NCBI RefSeq assembly: GCF_001194135.2
Contig: NC_068984.1
Location: 11,924,266-11,988,265 of the forward strand
From: Octopus bimaculoides
Lineage: Eukaryota
DNA length: 64,000 nt
Direction of reading: 5' to 3'
The notes below the pieces were generated by a model. That model ran no database searches. It was not told where the DNA came from and saw nothing but the letters and a program-made list of their open reading frames with translations. Shown one piece after another: positions 24,589 through 36,490 of this stretch (positions are counted from its first letter, which is position 1; each line of letters opens with the position of its first letter). The position numbers and the translations under genes are program-made.

Positions 24589-25470
24589 CGAGGGTAATCC
24601 CAAAGGTAAAGTCTCCAAAGTGCTGGGGACACAAGGAAACAGTGCATGCAGCTATTGGCAACACTGTTGTGTTTGTTGCACCTGCTCCTGCGTGCGCCTC
24701 ACTGCTACACTCAGTCTTGGCTTGGCAGTCGTATCTGATGGAGCTCTCGATTGATGTTACCACTAGATGTGAAGTTCACACAGTTATTAAGTTTTTGAAT
24801 GCAAAAAGCATTAAACCAATTGAAATTCATCACCAATTAACAGAAGTGTATGGTGAGTCGTGTATGGATGTCAAAAACATCCGCAAGTGGTGCAGGGAGT
24901 TTGCAGTTGGTCATACTGAAATTCACGATGAAGAAAGAAGCAGGCGATCATCAATTTATGACAAGATAGTCGTGAAGTTGAGCAAATCCTGCATGAAAAT
25001 TGGCGGATCACTCTGGATGATCTCCACATTTTGGTTCCTGAGGTTTCCTGAAGCACCATTCATAGGGTTTTGAGTGAGAAGTTGCAATATTGGAAGGTGT
25101 GCGCAAGATGGGTCCCACAAATGCTCACAGAAGACCATAAACAGCAACCCACCTTATAGTCTGGACTTGACACCCAGTGACTACCACCTGTTCCCTAAGC
25201 TGAAAGAACCTTTGGCTGGAACGTTCTTCAGCAACAACGATGAGGTAAAAGATGAGGTTCAACACTTCCTCAACAACATAGCGGTGAGCTGGTATGACAT
25301 GGGCATACAAAAGCTGTCCCAGCGCCTACAAAAATGCATCGACCGAAATGGCAATTATGTAGAAAAATAGATAAATGTTTAAACTTTAAAATGATGTAAA
25401 CATCATTGACAATAAATGTTTCCATGATTTCCAAGTATTTTTGGAGACCTTATTTTTGGGATTACCCTCG
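24589..25470 (+). mobile_element. Internally deleted mariner (DD34D) element with both TIRs and TA TSDs
   Basis: TA|CGAGGGTAATCCCAAAGGTAAAGTCTCC ... GGAGACCTTATTTTTGGGATTACCCTCG|TA. Transposase N-terminus RCEVHTVIKFLNAK...WCREF and KVCARWVPQMLTEDHK joins directly to PPYSLDLTPSDYHLFPKLK...GNYVEK*. Confidence 0.93.
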
Positions 25471-25699
25471 TATTTCAAAACGAATAAGAAGTTGAAAAAT
25501 ATACGTAGAATGTACCTTAATCCCAATCCTCTGTATAGAGTTCGATGTGAACAGAACTACTTGTTTCACACCTTTATTAAATATTCAAACAACTAAACTT
25601 TCATTAGTGATACATATCAGCCCTATAATTAGATAGCGAGACATTCAGGGACAAAATTTTTTTTTTTTTTTTTTTTAAATCTCAGTGAAGAGATTCATG

Positions 25700-26800
25700 A
25701 AGGATGTGTTTGGAATTGAATCAAAAGAAGGCTTTATTTTTTGGCTCATATTGCATTGGTTACTGGCTAGCAAAAACAGGTGAAGCAGAAGCAATTAGAG
25801 AAAATTTAATGTGTGTGCAGTCTCGAGGCATATTCATGAAATGTTAAATTTTTGTCAAACTGAGTTAATGAGACAGGAGTCAACAGATGCTGTTGGTTTA
25901 GCAGTTTTGCTTGAGTTTGTTTACTCTATTTATGAAAATGGCATTGAAAAAGACTTATTAATTTGCCAACCTTTGGAAAGTCATGCTACAGAGAAAGCAA
26001 TATTTAATTCATTTATGGAGAGAAAATGAAATTTCATGGAAACATTGTTCAATTATTTGCATAGATGAAGCTGCAGCTATGGTAGGCAAAATTCTTAGTT
26101 CTGTTGCAAGAATGAAAAAAATTCATTTTGCTGATTGCGTTTGCTGTTATCTTTTTCATCAGGGGCACTAACAATGAAGATTGCAAGATTTGAAATTAGC
26201 AATAAGCAATGCTGTAAATTTGGTCAATTTTATAAAATGAAAACCATAAGTACAAGCATCTTCAGTTTATGCGAAAATATAAGAACTCTGCATGTAATTT
26301 TATTACTATGCGCTGAAGTGTGCTACTTATCATATGGTTTTTCAAACTGCATGTAGAAATGGGTTATTTTTATCAGAACATCCTTTTGAACTTTCAACTA
26401 AATGAAAGAAGTGTTGGATGGGTAAACAGTATAACTTTCTGATTTTACATTAATAAGATTTAACCATGTAATGCAGGGTACCAATATAACATCTTTCAAA
26501 GTCTTAAATGTAAACTAAAACTCTAAGGAGATCATGTAGCTAAGGATCTCTTGAGTGTTTCGAAAATTTTAGTACTTTTTTTTAACTGTCAATCAAAATT
26601 TAAGTTGAAAAGCTGTTTGTAGACGTATTAAACTTAAGCAATCTTTTGAAGGAAGAAAAGGAAGAATAAATATTCACTGCAATGGATTTTATACTTAAAA
26701 ATTCCAGCAAGTGGAAGTGATGAAAGTTTGGAGTGTATTATCAATGAAAAGCAAAATTTACAACTACATATACATTTTTAATGTATCTAATGACAAAAAT
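25700..26800 (+). mobile_element. hAT transposase relic, Buster/Charlie-like
   Basis: Frameshifted ESTDAVGLAVLL.FV..IY...IEKDLLICQPLESHAT, ISWKHCS.ICIDEAAAMVG and LLLCAEV.YLS match the DESTD, CTDGAAAM and LLLHTEVRWLS motifs. Confidence 0.85.
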
Positions 26801-26956
26801 GAGATTTAGAAATAGACTGAATTTAGAAGCTGACTTAAGGTTTACATGTAACATTCAGACTATTTCTGAAACTAGCAGCAGGTGATAAAGTTAAATTTTT
26901 CAAACTATTAAGGAAGGAAAAGTAACTGAATTATGCTAACACAATGTTATTTTCAA

Positions 26957-27139
26957 CCCTTTCAATACCAACCTGCTTGAGACCACCTTTGTCCTATGAT
27001 ACAAACTTCCTGTTTTAAAGTGATCTAAATTACAATTTATCATCAAAATTTCATGTTGTGTTCCAGACTCCAGTTTAATAATTAGTTATTCTTTATTATC
27101 TTGGCAGTGCATTTCAACAGAAATATGATAGCAAAAGGG
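26957..27139. mobile_element. piggyBac-type MITE (degenerate TTAA TSD)
   Basis: TCAA|CCCTTTC...AAAAGGG|TTAT termini. Confidence 0.55.
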
Positions 27140-27389
27140 TTATCTTTTAGGTTATGAAATTTTTCTCCCAATCTAAGGTATTCCATTCATTGAAAATGCT
27201 TGAGATACCTGAAATAAAGCTAACATTTTTCATTCTGTGCAAAGAATTGTACACTATCAAAAAATTAAAATACTAACCCACCCTCTAATCAATCATTTTA
27301 CAAATAATAATTGTGTTATATGCTATTTTGGTGGGTTTTATGAGATCCAAAGTATTATGAATAAATCTATCTACAATTTGTCTTTTCTA

Positions 27390-27700
27390 TAAGTGTCTTT
27401 TCCATGGTCATTGTTCTGACTAACTTTCTGCTCTAGCACTCTGCCAAGACCTTTACATGTGTCACCTTCTTCTCTTCTAAGGCACATCATTTCTCTGTTG
27501 AGCTTCCTGTTAGTCATGAGTCCTTTTATTCTAATAGCTTCTTTCCTCAAAATGCTGTTCTCTGCAACTCACTACCATCCTCCTGTTTCTCTCTGTAAGT
27601 TTTTTGTCAATCAATATCTTTTAAATTTATAGGCTCCTTCTTTTCACTCTTTGTAATCCCTTACACTACATTGGCCTCAAGTTAAATTAAAGAAGTTTAC
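27390..27700 (+). mobile_element. CR1/Jockey-group LINE 3' relic
   Basis: HHFSVELP...FYSNSFFPQNAVLCNSLP resembles the conserved SFFPRT..LWNSLP C-terminus. Confidence 0.6.
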
Positions 27701-29466
27701 GCCTCTGCTCAACAGGCTATGAGCACTGCTTACCCTGCTCACATCAAGTAGTAACAGTAATGATTATGCTTTCAACTTGAGATTCTCTCAAATTTACACT
27801 GACGCCCAATTTAACACTATCACTTGGCTCATGAGAATTTTTAATTGTAAACATTTAGAACAGGTCTCTGATCTGAGAATAACAGTTTTTCCAACAGCAA
27901 TAGAAGCTCTGAAAAGAGCAATGGATAGTGCTCCTTCTCTCACTATGTCAGATTCAGTATCCAATCTCAAAATCATTTCATATGTGATTGCTGTTAGCCA
28001 TGATGTTAAAATTTGTTCTTTCTTTATTGTATTATCTTTCTCAGCATAAATTTCATTTTCATCTCATGATCATCACTGTCTACGTGTTTCTATTAATTTT
28101 GAAAATTAATAAGAATTTGAAAGGATTTAGAGAAATAAACTTTTCATTATTAAACTGGCTTGTAAAACAGCTGAAACAAAGGGATCTTGGATAAAAATTA
28201 CAATGGAAGGTTTTAATTTAAATATGAATCCTTTTAAGACAAGCAGTTTTGTATCAATAAACTTGAGGTTTGGTATCAAAATGTTTAAATACAGAACACT
28301 GTTTTATAACTTGCTACTGAATCATATTAGAGATAGCAATATCAGTTAGTTTAATGTATTCAAGAAGCTGAGATTTATTTTAGCAGCCAACAATCACTGA
28401 ATCACTAGAAAATCTAGAATTACACAAATGAACAGAATGCAGAATCTATCCAGATTTTTCTAATTGCTAGCAAGAACTAAAAGCTTTTTCTTTTCTTTCT
28501 TTCCTTTTTTTCTTTGAACTTTTGTTTCTGAACAAATGTAATTTGTAAGAGACTAACTTTTTCAGATCTATAACAATACAGCTCAAAAACTGAAGCCCAA
28601 ATATTAAGCATTGACCAAACAGTATTTGTGTGTGAAAAATTTATAAGGGAGTAAACAGATAGGAATGCTAACCTTTTTTTTTCTTTTTCTAATCACATAA
28701 AGCCTATGCAACCAAAACAATCATATCCAATAATAGCTAATTCAATTCATATGTTACCAAAGTGAATTCTTTAAAATCTAGTTAAACATTATGAAATTAT
28801 CAAAATATTGATTTCTTACAAAAACATTAAGCTGCAAGAAAGTGAAAAGCAAATGGGAACTTGTGATGTTCATGTCTTGTATTAAGGGATTCAAACTGGC
28901 AATCAAAACAAAATTAGACTTATGTTTCTGTATAAGTTTCAATAAATTCCTTTCCCCCCCCCCTTTTTTTTAAAGATAAGTATTAAACTTAATATTTCGT
29001 TTGCACTTCAAGAGTGAAAAATAAAACAATAACAAATAGCTCTTTCATTACAGATAACAGATAAGAATACATGTAAGATAACAAATTACTTCCTAAGATA
29101 AACAACCAGAGAATCAATGATTTTTGGGAGTAAAACATGAAATAAAAATAAAAAAACAATTTTCAGGAAAATTTTACATAGTTCCAACAATAAGGTTATT
29201 TCTAAAACCATTTTTACACACTAATTGCTACTGAATTTTACAAGTGTAAATTGCATGCCTGTGCAAGTTCATATGTTTGCATAGATAGCTGGAACAAGTG
29301 TTTGCTCTTTCAGAAGCTAATCAACCTCAATCAAGAGTAGGTGGTAGCACTAGAATGTATAACAACTGCTGCATTTCTATTTGGTTACTGTGTATCTGTA
29401 ATTATGTTTAGATATAATTGTTTATTGGCATTCTAAATGAAGCACACACATGCACATACAAACATG

Positions 29467-29514
<48 letters not shown>

Positions 29515-31632
29515 AATCAAACGAGATGTAATTGTGATTTATAGAGGATAAATTCCTATCTCTAACCACAACAAAAGTAAAAGAAGAAAATTCTAGAATT
29601 ACTGAACTGACACAGGAACTCATTGCTGCTAAGACACTTATTAACATAAAATTTATAGGATTTCAGGAAGGAATGTATCAAATATAAATCTAGTGGATAA
29701 GTAAGTACAAGTAAATATAGTACAAATATTTATATTGATTAAAGAATTTTGACTACATTGTTAAATCCATCTTTAGAAATTCTTTCCAAGCATAGTAATC
29801 TCAAATAGCATTAATTAAAATCCTTAGAACATATTACCTAGGAATGTGAAAAAAAGGTAGTGTATTACTGGTATTTGCCTAAAAAATGAAAATTGTGTTC
29901 AAATACCATTGCGTTATCTCTGTCATAAAGGATGATATATTTGTAATACTGAAAGCATATATATATCTCTATAAAACACTGATTTGTGTCAAATCGAAAG
30001 AAATCTTTATTATTTTACAGCCATGGGAGCGAAGTGAATGGGAAGAATCATTAGAACATCACATATAATGCCTTGTGGTATTTGTTCTCGCTATTTACTA
30101 ACTGAAATTTTTTTTTTTTTTTTTTTGCCTTTCATCCTATTGGAGTCAATACAATAAACTACCCATCAAGTAATCAACTAACTCCTTACCCACATTGCTG
30201 GCCTTGAGCCTAAATTAGAAACTTATCTCATAGCCATGGATTTGATACATTAGTGTGGTTGTGTTGTTTTCCAACTTATATACGAGATAAAATTTGACAA
30301 AGACTACTACTGCAGCACTGCTACTAAAAGTTAAAAATTCATAAAGCTATCAAGTGACAATTAGATAATTGCTCTTTAGAATTTACCAAAACAATACTTG
30401 TCTTCTTCTAATTCCATGAAAATGGCTCCTTTTTCTTCATCAGAGTAATGGTACCAGTATGAAGTAAATTGTATACTTCCATTTAAAGACTATTCCATAT
30501 AATACGCAGTAAAAATGAAATAATGGTAAATCTTTTATATCTATAACAAAATTAGATAAAGTTGATGAATGCCTGACTATCCTAATCTCAACAAAAAGAA
30601 TAATGAAATGGAATAACAGATCTGAAAGAGCTAAGATTTTGTTAGATCATACTGTTAGTTAAACTTGTTTAAACTACCTGAGGATAAAACTATGAATTCT
30701 CACCGTACACAATGAAAATCTCAAATATGGGTCTTACTCGAGCTTTGTCAGTAACTATACAATACAAGCTGAAGTGTGTGTGTATGTGAATATAATCATA
30801 ATCATTTAACATCCACTTTTCCATGCTTGCATGGGTCAGACAGATTTTGTTGAGGCAGATTTTTTATGGCTGGATACAATTCCTGGCGCTAACCTTTGAT
30901 TTGAAGCAAAGTAATATTCAATAGGTTTCTTTCAGCTTTCACCTATCAGATCCACTCGCAAAACTTAGTCACCTCAGGGCTATAATAGAAGACACTTGCC
31001 CAAGGTGCCATACAGAGGGACTGAACCTGAGACCACATGGTTGGGAAGGAAGCTTCTGAACCACAGTCACATCTGTGCCTGAAATAATAATTTCAGTCAG
31101 TGAACTCAATGCATTATGACACAAAATGTTTTTCCTTAAACACTTAAAGATAGTATTGAAAGAAATCAATACACTAACAGACTTAACTTCTGTGTTTATA
31201 AGATGGAACTGCTAGGCAACAACAATGATTAGTTTTACATCAATGTTTGAAAGGACTATAAATGTTAGGTAAAGCAGAGTCCAAAAACAACCCCCAAAGT
31301 ATCATCCTTGACAGAATTGATTACGATGAAAATAAGACCAAGTCAATTTCTAACAGGAAATAAACAATTTTCTTTCAAGAAATGAAAAAAAACAAGTAAT
31401 TTCATAGAAGTGGATAAAAGGAATTTACTACTTTTATAGTAGAACAAGAAAAATATCTATGCAGCATACATTTTGTCACTTCTCCCACTAACACAAAGAC
31501 AAATTTTACCAGTCAGTTAACTGGTACATATTTTATCAACACTCGAAAGATGAAAAGTAACATCATACTCGGCAGATTTAAACTACAGAACATTAAAGTA
31601 ATGTAACTGGCTAAATACTGCAAGGTATAGAG

Positions 31633-31942
31633 CAGTGGTTCCCAAAGTGGGTGGTATTGCCCCCTTGGGGGTGGTAGAAAGTTCCAAAGGGGCATTGAAG
31701 AAAAGTGGGGTGATAATGGGGTAGTGATTCATGTAAAGATTGTGGTGATAATGGGGTGGCAATTCATGTAAAATCAACAAAATAATGGGTTTGTTAGGTT
31801 AAGTTTTATTTGTGAAATACAGTTGCTTTGAATTTGCTTCAGAAAGTGGTCTATGCTTGTGATGGTTAGTTGGGATGGGGGCACTAGGAATGTGGCCTGG
31901 GTGTCAAGGGGGTGGCAGCCCCAAAAAGTTTGGGAACCACTA
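31633..31942. mobile_element. hAT (Charlie-type) MITE with perfect 8-bp TSD
   Basis: GTATAGAG|CAGTGGTTCCCAAA ... TTTGGGAACCACTA|GTATAGAG (TSDs at 31625-31632 and 31943-31950). Confidence 0.92.
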
Positions 31943-33179
31943 GTATAGAGTTTGGTACACTGCCATGCCTCTTGCACATATCACTTAAATGAAATCCACC
32001 AACTGTTATATTCATTTAAAGATATTAGTGTCTTTTCTTCCCAACAGAACACATTATTGACTCTAACAAAAAAGTTCACAAGGATCTTGTGTTCAATTAC
32101 ATTTCCAGTGGTATTATTCTTTGATGATCATCAAGTGTTGTATTTGTTTTTTCCCCCCACTAAGATTGAATTGAGTAAAACTTGACATAGGTAATTAGAT
32201 AAAGCTTCTGAACTTGACCAGCTCTTTTATTAGAAGAGAATGTCATTTTTTTTTTCTCAGTTATCTGTAAAATCAACTTATTCAGATTTAAGACTGACTG
32301 GAGAGAGAGAAGCACTTATTGATATCTGCTGCATCATCACCATCATCGTTTTAGCATACACTTTTCCTTACTTGTAAGGGTTGGACAGAATTTGTTGAGA
32401 TGGGTTTTGTATGGCTAGATACCTTTCCTGTTGCTAACCCTCACCTATTTCCAAGTAAAGTAAAAATTTCTCCAAGACCAGACATGCTTTCACAGAAGAC
32501 CAAAAATGTAGGCCACCACATGCATACGGTTTTTACATCTATTGCACAAAGTCAAGGGAAGGAGACAGTAACACACACACACATATATTAGATATATAGA
32601 TATACTTAGTAATTGGGTGTGTCATTTTTTTCACAAAAAATGTAGGTAGGTGGTAAGTTTTGGTTAAAGCAAAAGAATTAAATCCAATAATACCAAAAAC
32701 AACAAAAATACTGTCACATCCTTTACCTACCTAACAAAAGAGAAACACAAACACACTTGTTTACAAAATTCTACATATAAGAATAAATTCTAAACAATAA
32801 CATAATCACAAATTTAATCAATAAAAATTTCTCTAAAACCCCTCTCCATAACAACCCATCCTAAAAACCCAATTACCATTCCACAGATGCTCACACATCC
32901 AAGTGCCAGATCAGACAGGAGCCTGGTGCAGCCTCCCGGCTTCCCAGACCCCAGTTAAACTGTCCAACCCATGCCAGCATGGAAAACGGACATTAAACGA
33001 TGATGATGATGTTCTTTCAAAGGATTCACTGTGTTAATGTTAAAAATGGTATTGCATATGTCCCTTCATGTTACAGAGGAATGGGCTGAGTTATCCTCCT
33101 CTCTACAAACCAACATTATAGAAGGTAACTAATTAAAATATGTACTAATCATACTAGCTACAGGTAAATGAATATTGAG

Positions 33180-34000
33180 GGCATTGAATGCTCTATTTGG
33201 TCATGGTGATGTGTAAGTGAAAAGTTGAGGTAAGTTTCATGATGGATGGCAGTAGATATAATATGAAAGTAACAGAGAATGAACCAAGAGGCACAATTTG
33301 GATTTGCGCCAAGATGGGGTACCTCTAATACTTTATTTCTAGTGAGAAGCAACTCTATACCTAGTAGGGTACCAAGCACTATAACTGGGTGGCTGCATAA
33401 AAGAAAATGTAGAAGTATAGCTTGTGAGAGGTGCATCAAAGCATAAAGATGAAAGGCTTCAAGAAAAGTAAGCAAAGACAAATGTTAGCAGGAGAGAAGA
33501 CAGGACACTTCTACTACCCGAGAAATGGCCATACTTTTGTTATGCCAAAAAAGAACAGGTCAGAATTCCATGTGGTGCGTGAAATGTAAACTATAGGTGT
33601 ACAAGTTGTGATATCATAGGTAGGTTGATAGCAGGAGAAAGACTTATGAAATAAATTCTTTCAAATACTTAGGAGGTTCCATTGATGTAATTGATAGTTT
33701 TATTACTCATGTAATGTAATGTAATTAGTGGAGGTGATGTTCTGAAAATATACTAACCAGAGTAAGCTAAGAAAAAGGTGGAAACAGTTCAGAGATATTA
33801 CCTTGGTAAGCAACAAACATTTTTTTCTCTCTGAGCAAAGGACAAAATGCATGACACCTGTGTATGAAGTCGGATGTAGCATGGCAATGAAACATGAACA
33901 ATGAATATGGAGGATGAGTGAAAGGTAAAAGGAAATGAAGCAAGTATGCTTCATTGGATGAGTAATGCTAATGTGCATTTGAGTGACAGTGCAAAAATGA
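33180..34000 (+). mobile_element. RTE-clade LINE reverse-transcriptase relic
   Basis: QFGFAPRWGTSNTLFLVR corresponds to the QFGF.PGRSTTDAIFLVR motif. Confidence 0.6.
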
Positions 34001-35054
34001 GCTGGGGGGAAAACAGGATATAAATCAGCCTAATTGAATAATTTATGTTTTACTATCAAGCCCAGGTTGTGATAAAATACTCTTACACAAACTGAGAAAT
34101 TGTTTACTTAAATGAAACAGATAACAGCTTCAAAAGATGTATACAGAATCTACTTTCCATTCAGTTTTACATATAATGTTTTGATCAACTCAAAATTAAA
34201 TTGCATTATTTACATAAATCTCCAAGTTTTTGTACTGTATAACATACCAGGTTTTCTTTTCCATATCTTGTGTATAAATCTGGGTGGAGCTAGCTCCCAT
34301 ACAAGTGGTAGACTCATTACTAATGTACAACAAACACATACTCATTGAATATGGTTTCTGACTACAGACTTTCAGAATTAATAATTTTGCATATAATTAA
34401 CATGTAGAACTAATGGTATATAATTTAGCATTTAAAAAATTACTCAAATATAAAATTTCAATATAATTCTAGAGAAAAAATATTTCAGTTGTTTTAAATT
34501 ACATGCTGCACAAAATTAAGATGACTTTGAAAAAAAAAAAAAAAAAAAAATTGAAACTTTTTTCTTCCCCGTTAAGGGGCGGTTACGTAGGTGGCATTAT
34601 GTGGAAGATGATTTTAGGAAAAATGCTACTTCCAGAAATAAATCTACTGGAGAGAAAGAAAACTACATGGTTTGACATTTCATCAATTACACACCTGTGT
34701 GTAATGAGGCAAAGTGACTACAAAATTAAGGTCTTGGACATCTGACCATGTTCAGAAGTTTTGTCCTTGCTCCAAGTTAGCTAACTTAACAAAAAACAGA
34801 CTAATCCCTACATCATGGCTGAGTGTAAGAAAAAGTTACTGGTCTGTATTTTTTGCTCCAACACCATAATCATCTCAGCCTCTGATGTAAAACAGTAAAA
34901 ACAAAAGTTTCTAATTTATGCCCAAGGCTTAGTAATTTAGAGAACAGTGCTTTGGCCAATACTATCATATTAACTCGGTGGTGGAATGGGGGATTCAATA
35001 TGGTGGCAGAACTTGAACCCAGAACATAAAGAGCTGAAACAAATACTGCTACAA

Positions 35055-35262
35055 ATTGTTGGTGCCCTAGGTACAGTGAGCAAACAATGAAAAGAGACGA
35101 CATCCGGAATACAGCAACACCTGACAGTGCAAGGAGTCTCCACAAAGTCCTCATGACTTCAAAAAGAACATACCACCTTAGTACACAGGAAGTAAACAGC
35201 TGGTACATTAATGACACCCCCAGCAACAAGCTGAGAATGTCAGATATAATAATAATAATAAA
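35055..35262 (+). mobile_element. R4/Dong-like non-LTR retrotransposon 3' end with (TAA)n tail
   Basis: IVGALGTVSK...IRNTA...SARSLHKVL matches the restriction-like-endonuclease C-terminus (IVGALG...ILRKVL), followed by ATAATAATAATAATA. Confidence 0.6.
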
Positions 35263-35605
35263 AATAAATGTTTCTAATTTGAGTGTAATAATTGTTTCTA
35301 CTTCAAATTATAATAATGCATATACACAAGCATTATTTCTCAAATTAAACTAGCTGAATACTACTTTGGTACTGAGTGGATTAATGATAAACAATTTATA
35401 CAACATCTCAGTATGGAGGCATCTACAAACTCTTTGCTCAAATATGTTAAAATAAATAATATGTAATTCTAACATACAGTTTGTTAAAATAAACTAATTA
35501 AATACCAGGAAGGTTTTTCATTGTCTATATCTGAACTTAACACAATCTAGTGGAGCATTAATTATACCAAGCTGTTGCTTAATTGCAGCGAGAAACTTGT
35601 ACCTA

Positions 35606-36490
35606 CAGGGGTTGGACAAAATAATGGAAACACCTTAAAATTTCAAACAAATTTATTTTAATATGAGGTAGGACTGCTTTTGGCAGTAATTACAGCTTGA
35701 ATTCTACAAGGTATGGACTCATACAAAGTTTGAATTGTTTCCAAAGGAATGTTTGTCCATTCTTCAGCTAAAACAGCCTCCAGTTCTTGTAGTGATGATG
35801 GTGGAGGATATCAACTCCTTACTTGTTTTTCTAAAATGCACCATAACTGTTCAATAATATTGAGATCTGGGGACTGTGATGGCCAGATAAGATGTTCAAC
35901 TTCACTAGAATGTTCCTCGTTCCATTCAGTAACAACTTTAGCTGTGTGAATTGGTGCATTATCATCCTGAAAGATTGCATTTCCCTCCAGAAATAGTTCC
36001 ACAACCATAAGATAAATTTGATCAGATAAAATGCTTAGTCTTGACTATTAATTCTGCCATGAAGGGAAACCATTGGGCTGGCGGGTTTCCAAGGTATAGC
36101 TCCCCAGATCATCACAGATCCTCTTCCATATTTAACAGTTGGAAGAAAGCAGTCTGGTCCAAATGCTTCTTTCGGCTGTCTCCACACGTATACTTGGCCG
36201 ATGGTCGGAAATAAGATAAAGAATGACTTGTCCAAGAAAATGACATTCTTCCACTGCCCTAGGGACCAATTCTGTAGGTTTTTACTTCACTCAAAATGCT
36301 TTGTAAGTTGTGGTTTTCTGATTGCAGCCCTCCCGTGAAGTCCGGCTTTGTGCAGCTATTGGCAAACAGTTTTTGTGAAAACTGGGTTCTCGAGGTGGTT
36401 ATTAAGCTCTGCAGTAATTTTGGTAGATGTACTTTTGTGATCCTTTCTAACAATTTTCAAGTGAAGTATTTCTATTCCACTGGCCTTCAC
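35606..36490 (-). mobile_element. Tc1 (DD34E) transposon relic with 3' TIR
   Basis: TA|CAGGGGTTGGACAAAATAATGGAAACACC terminus. Fragments: KITAELNNHLENPV, VWRQPKEAF.PDC.LPTVKYG.GSVMIWG, IFQDDNAPIHTAK, WPSQSPDLNIIEQLW. Confidence 0.92.
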
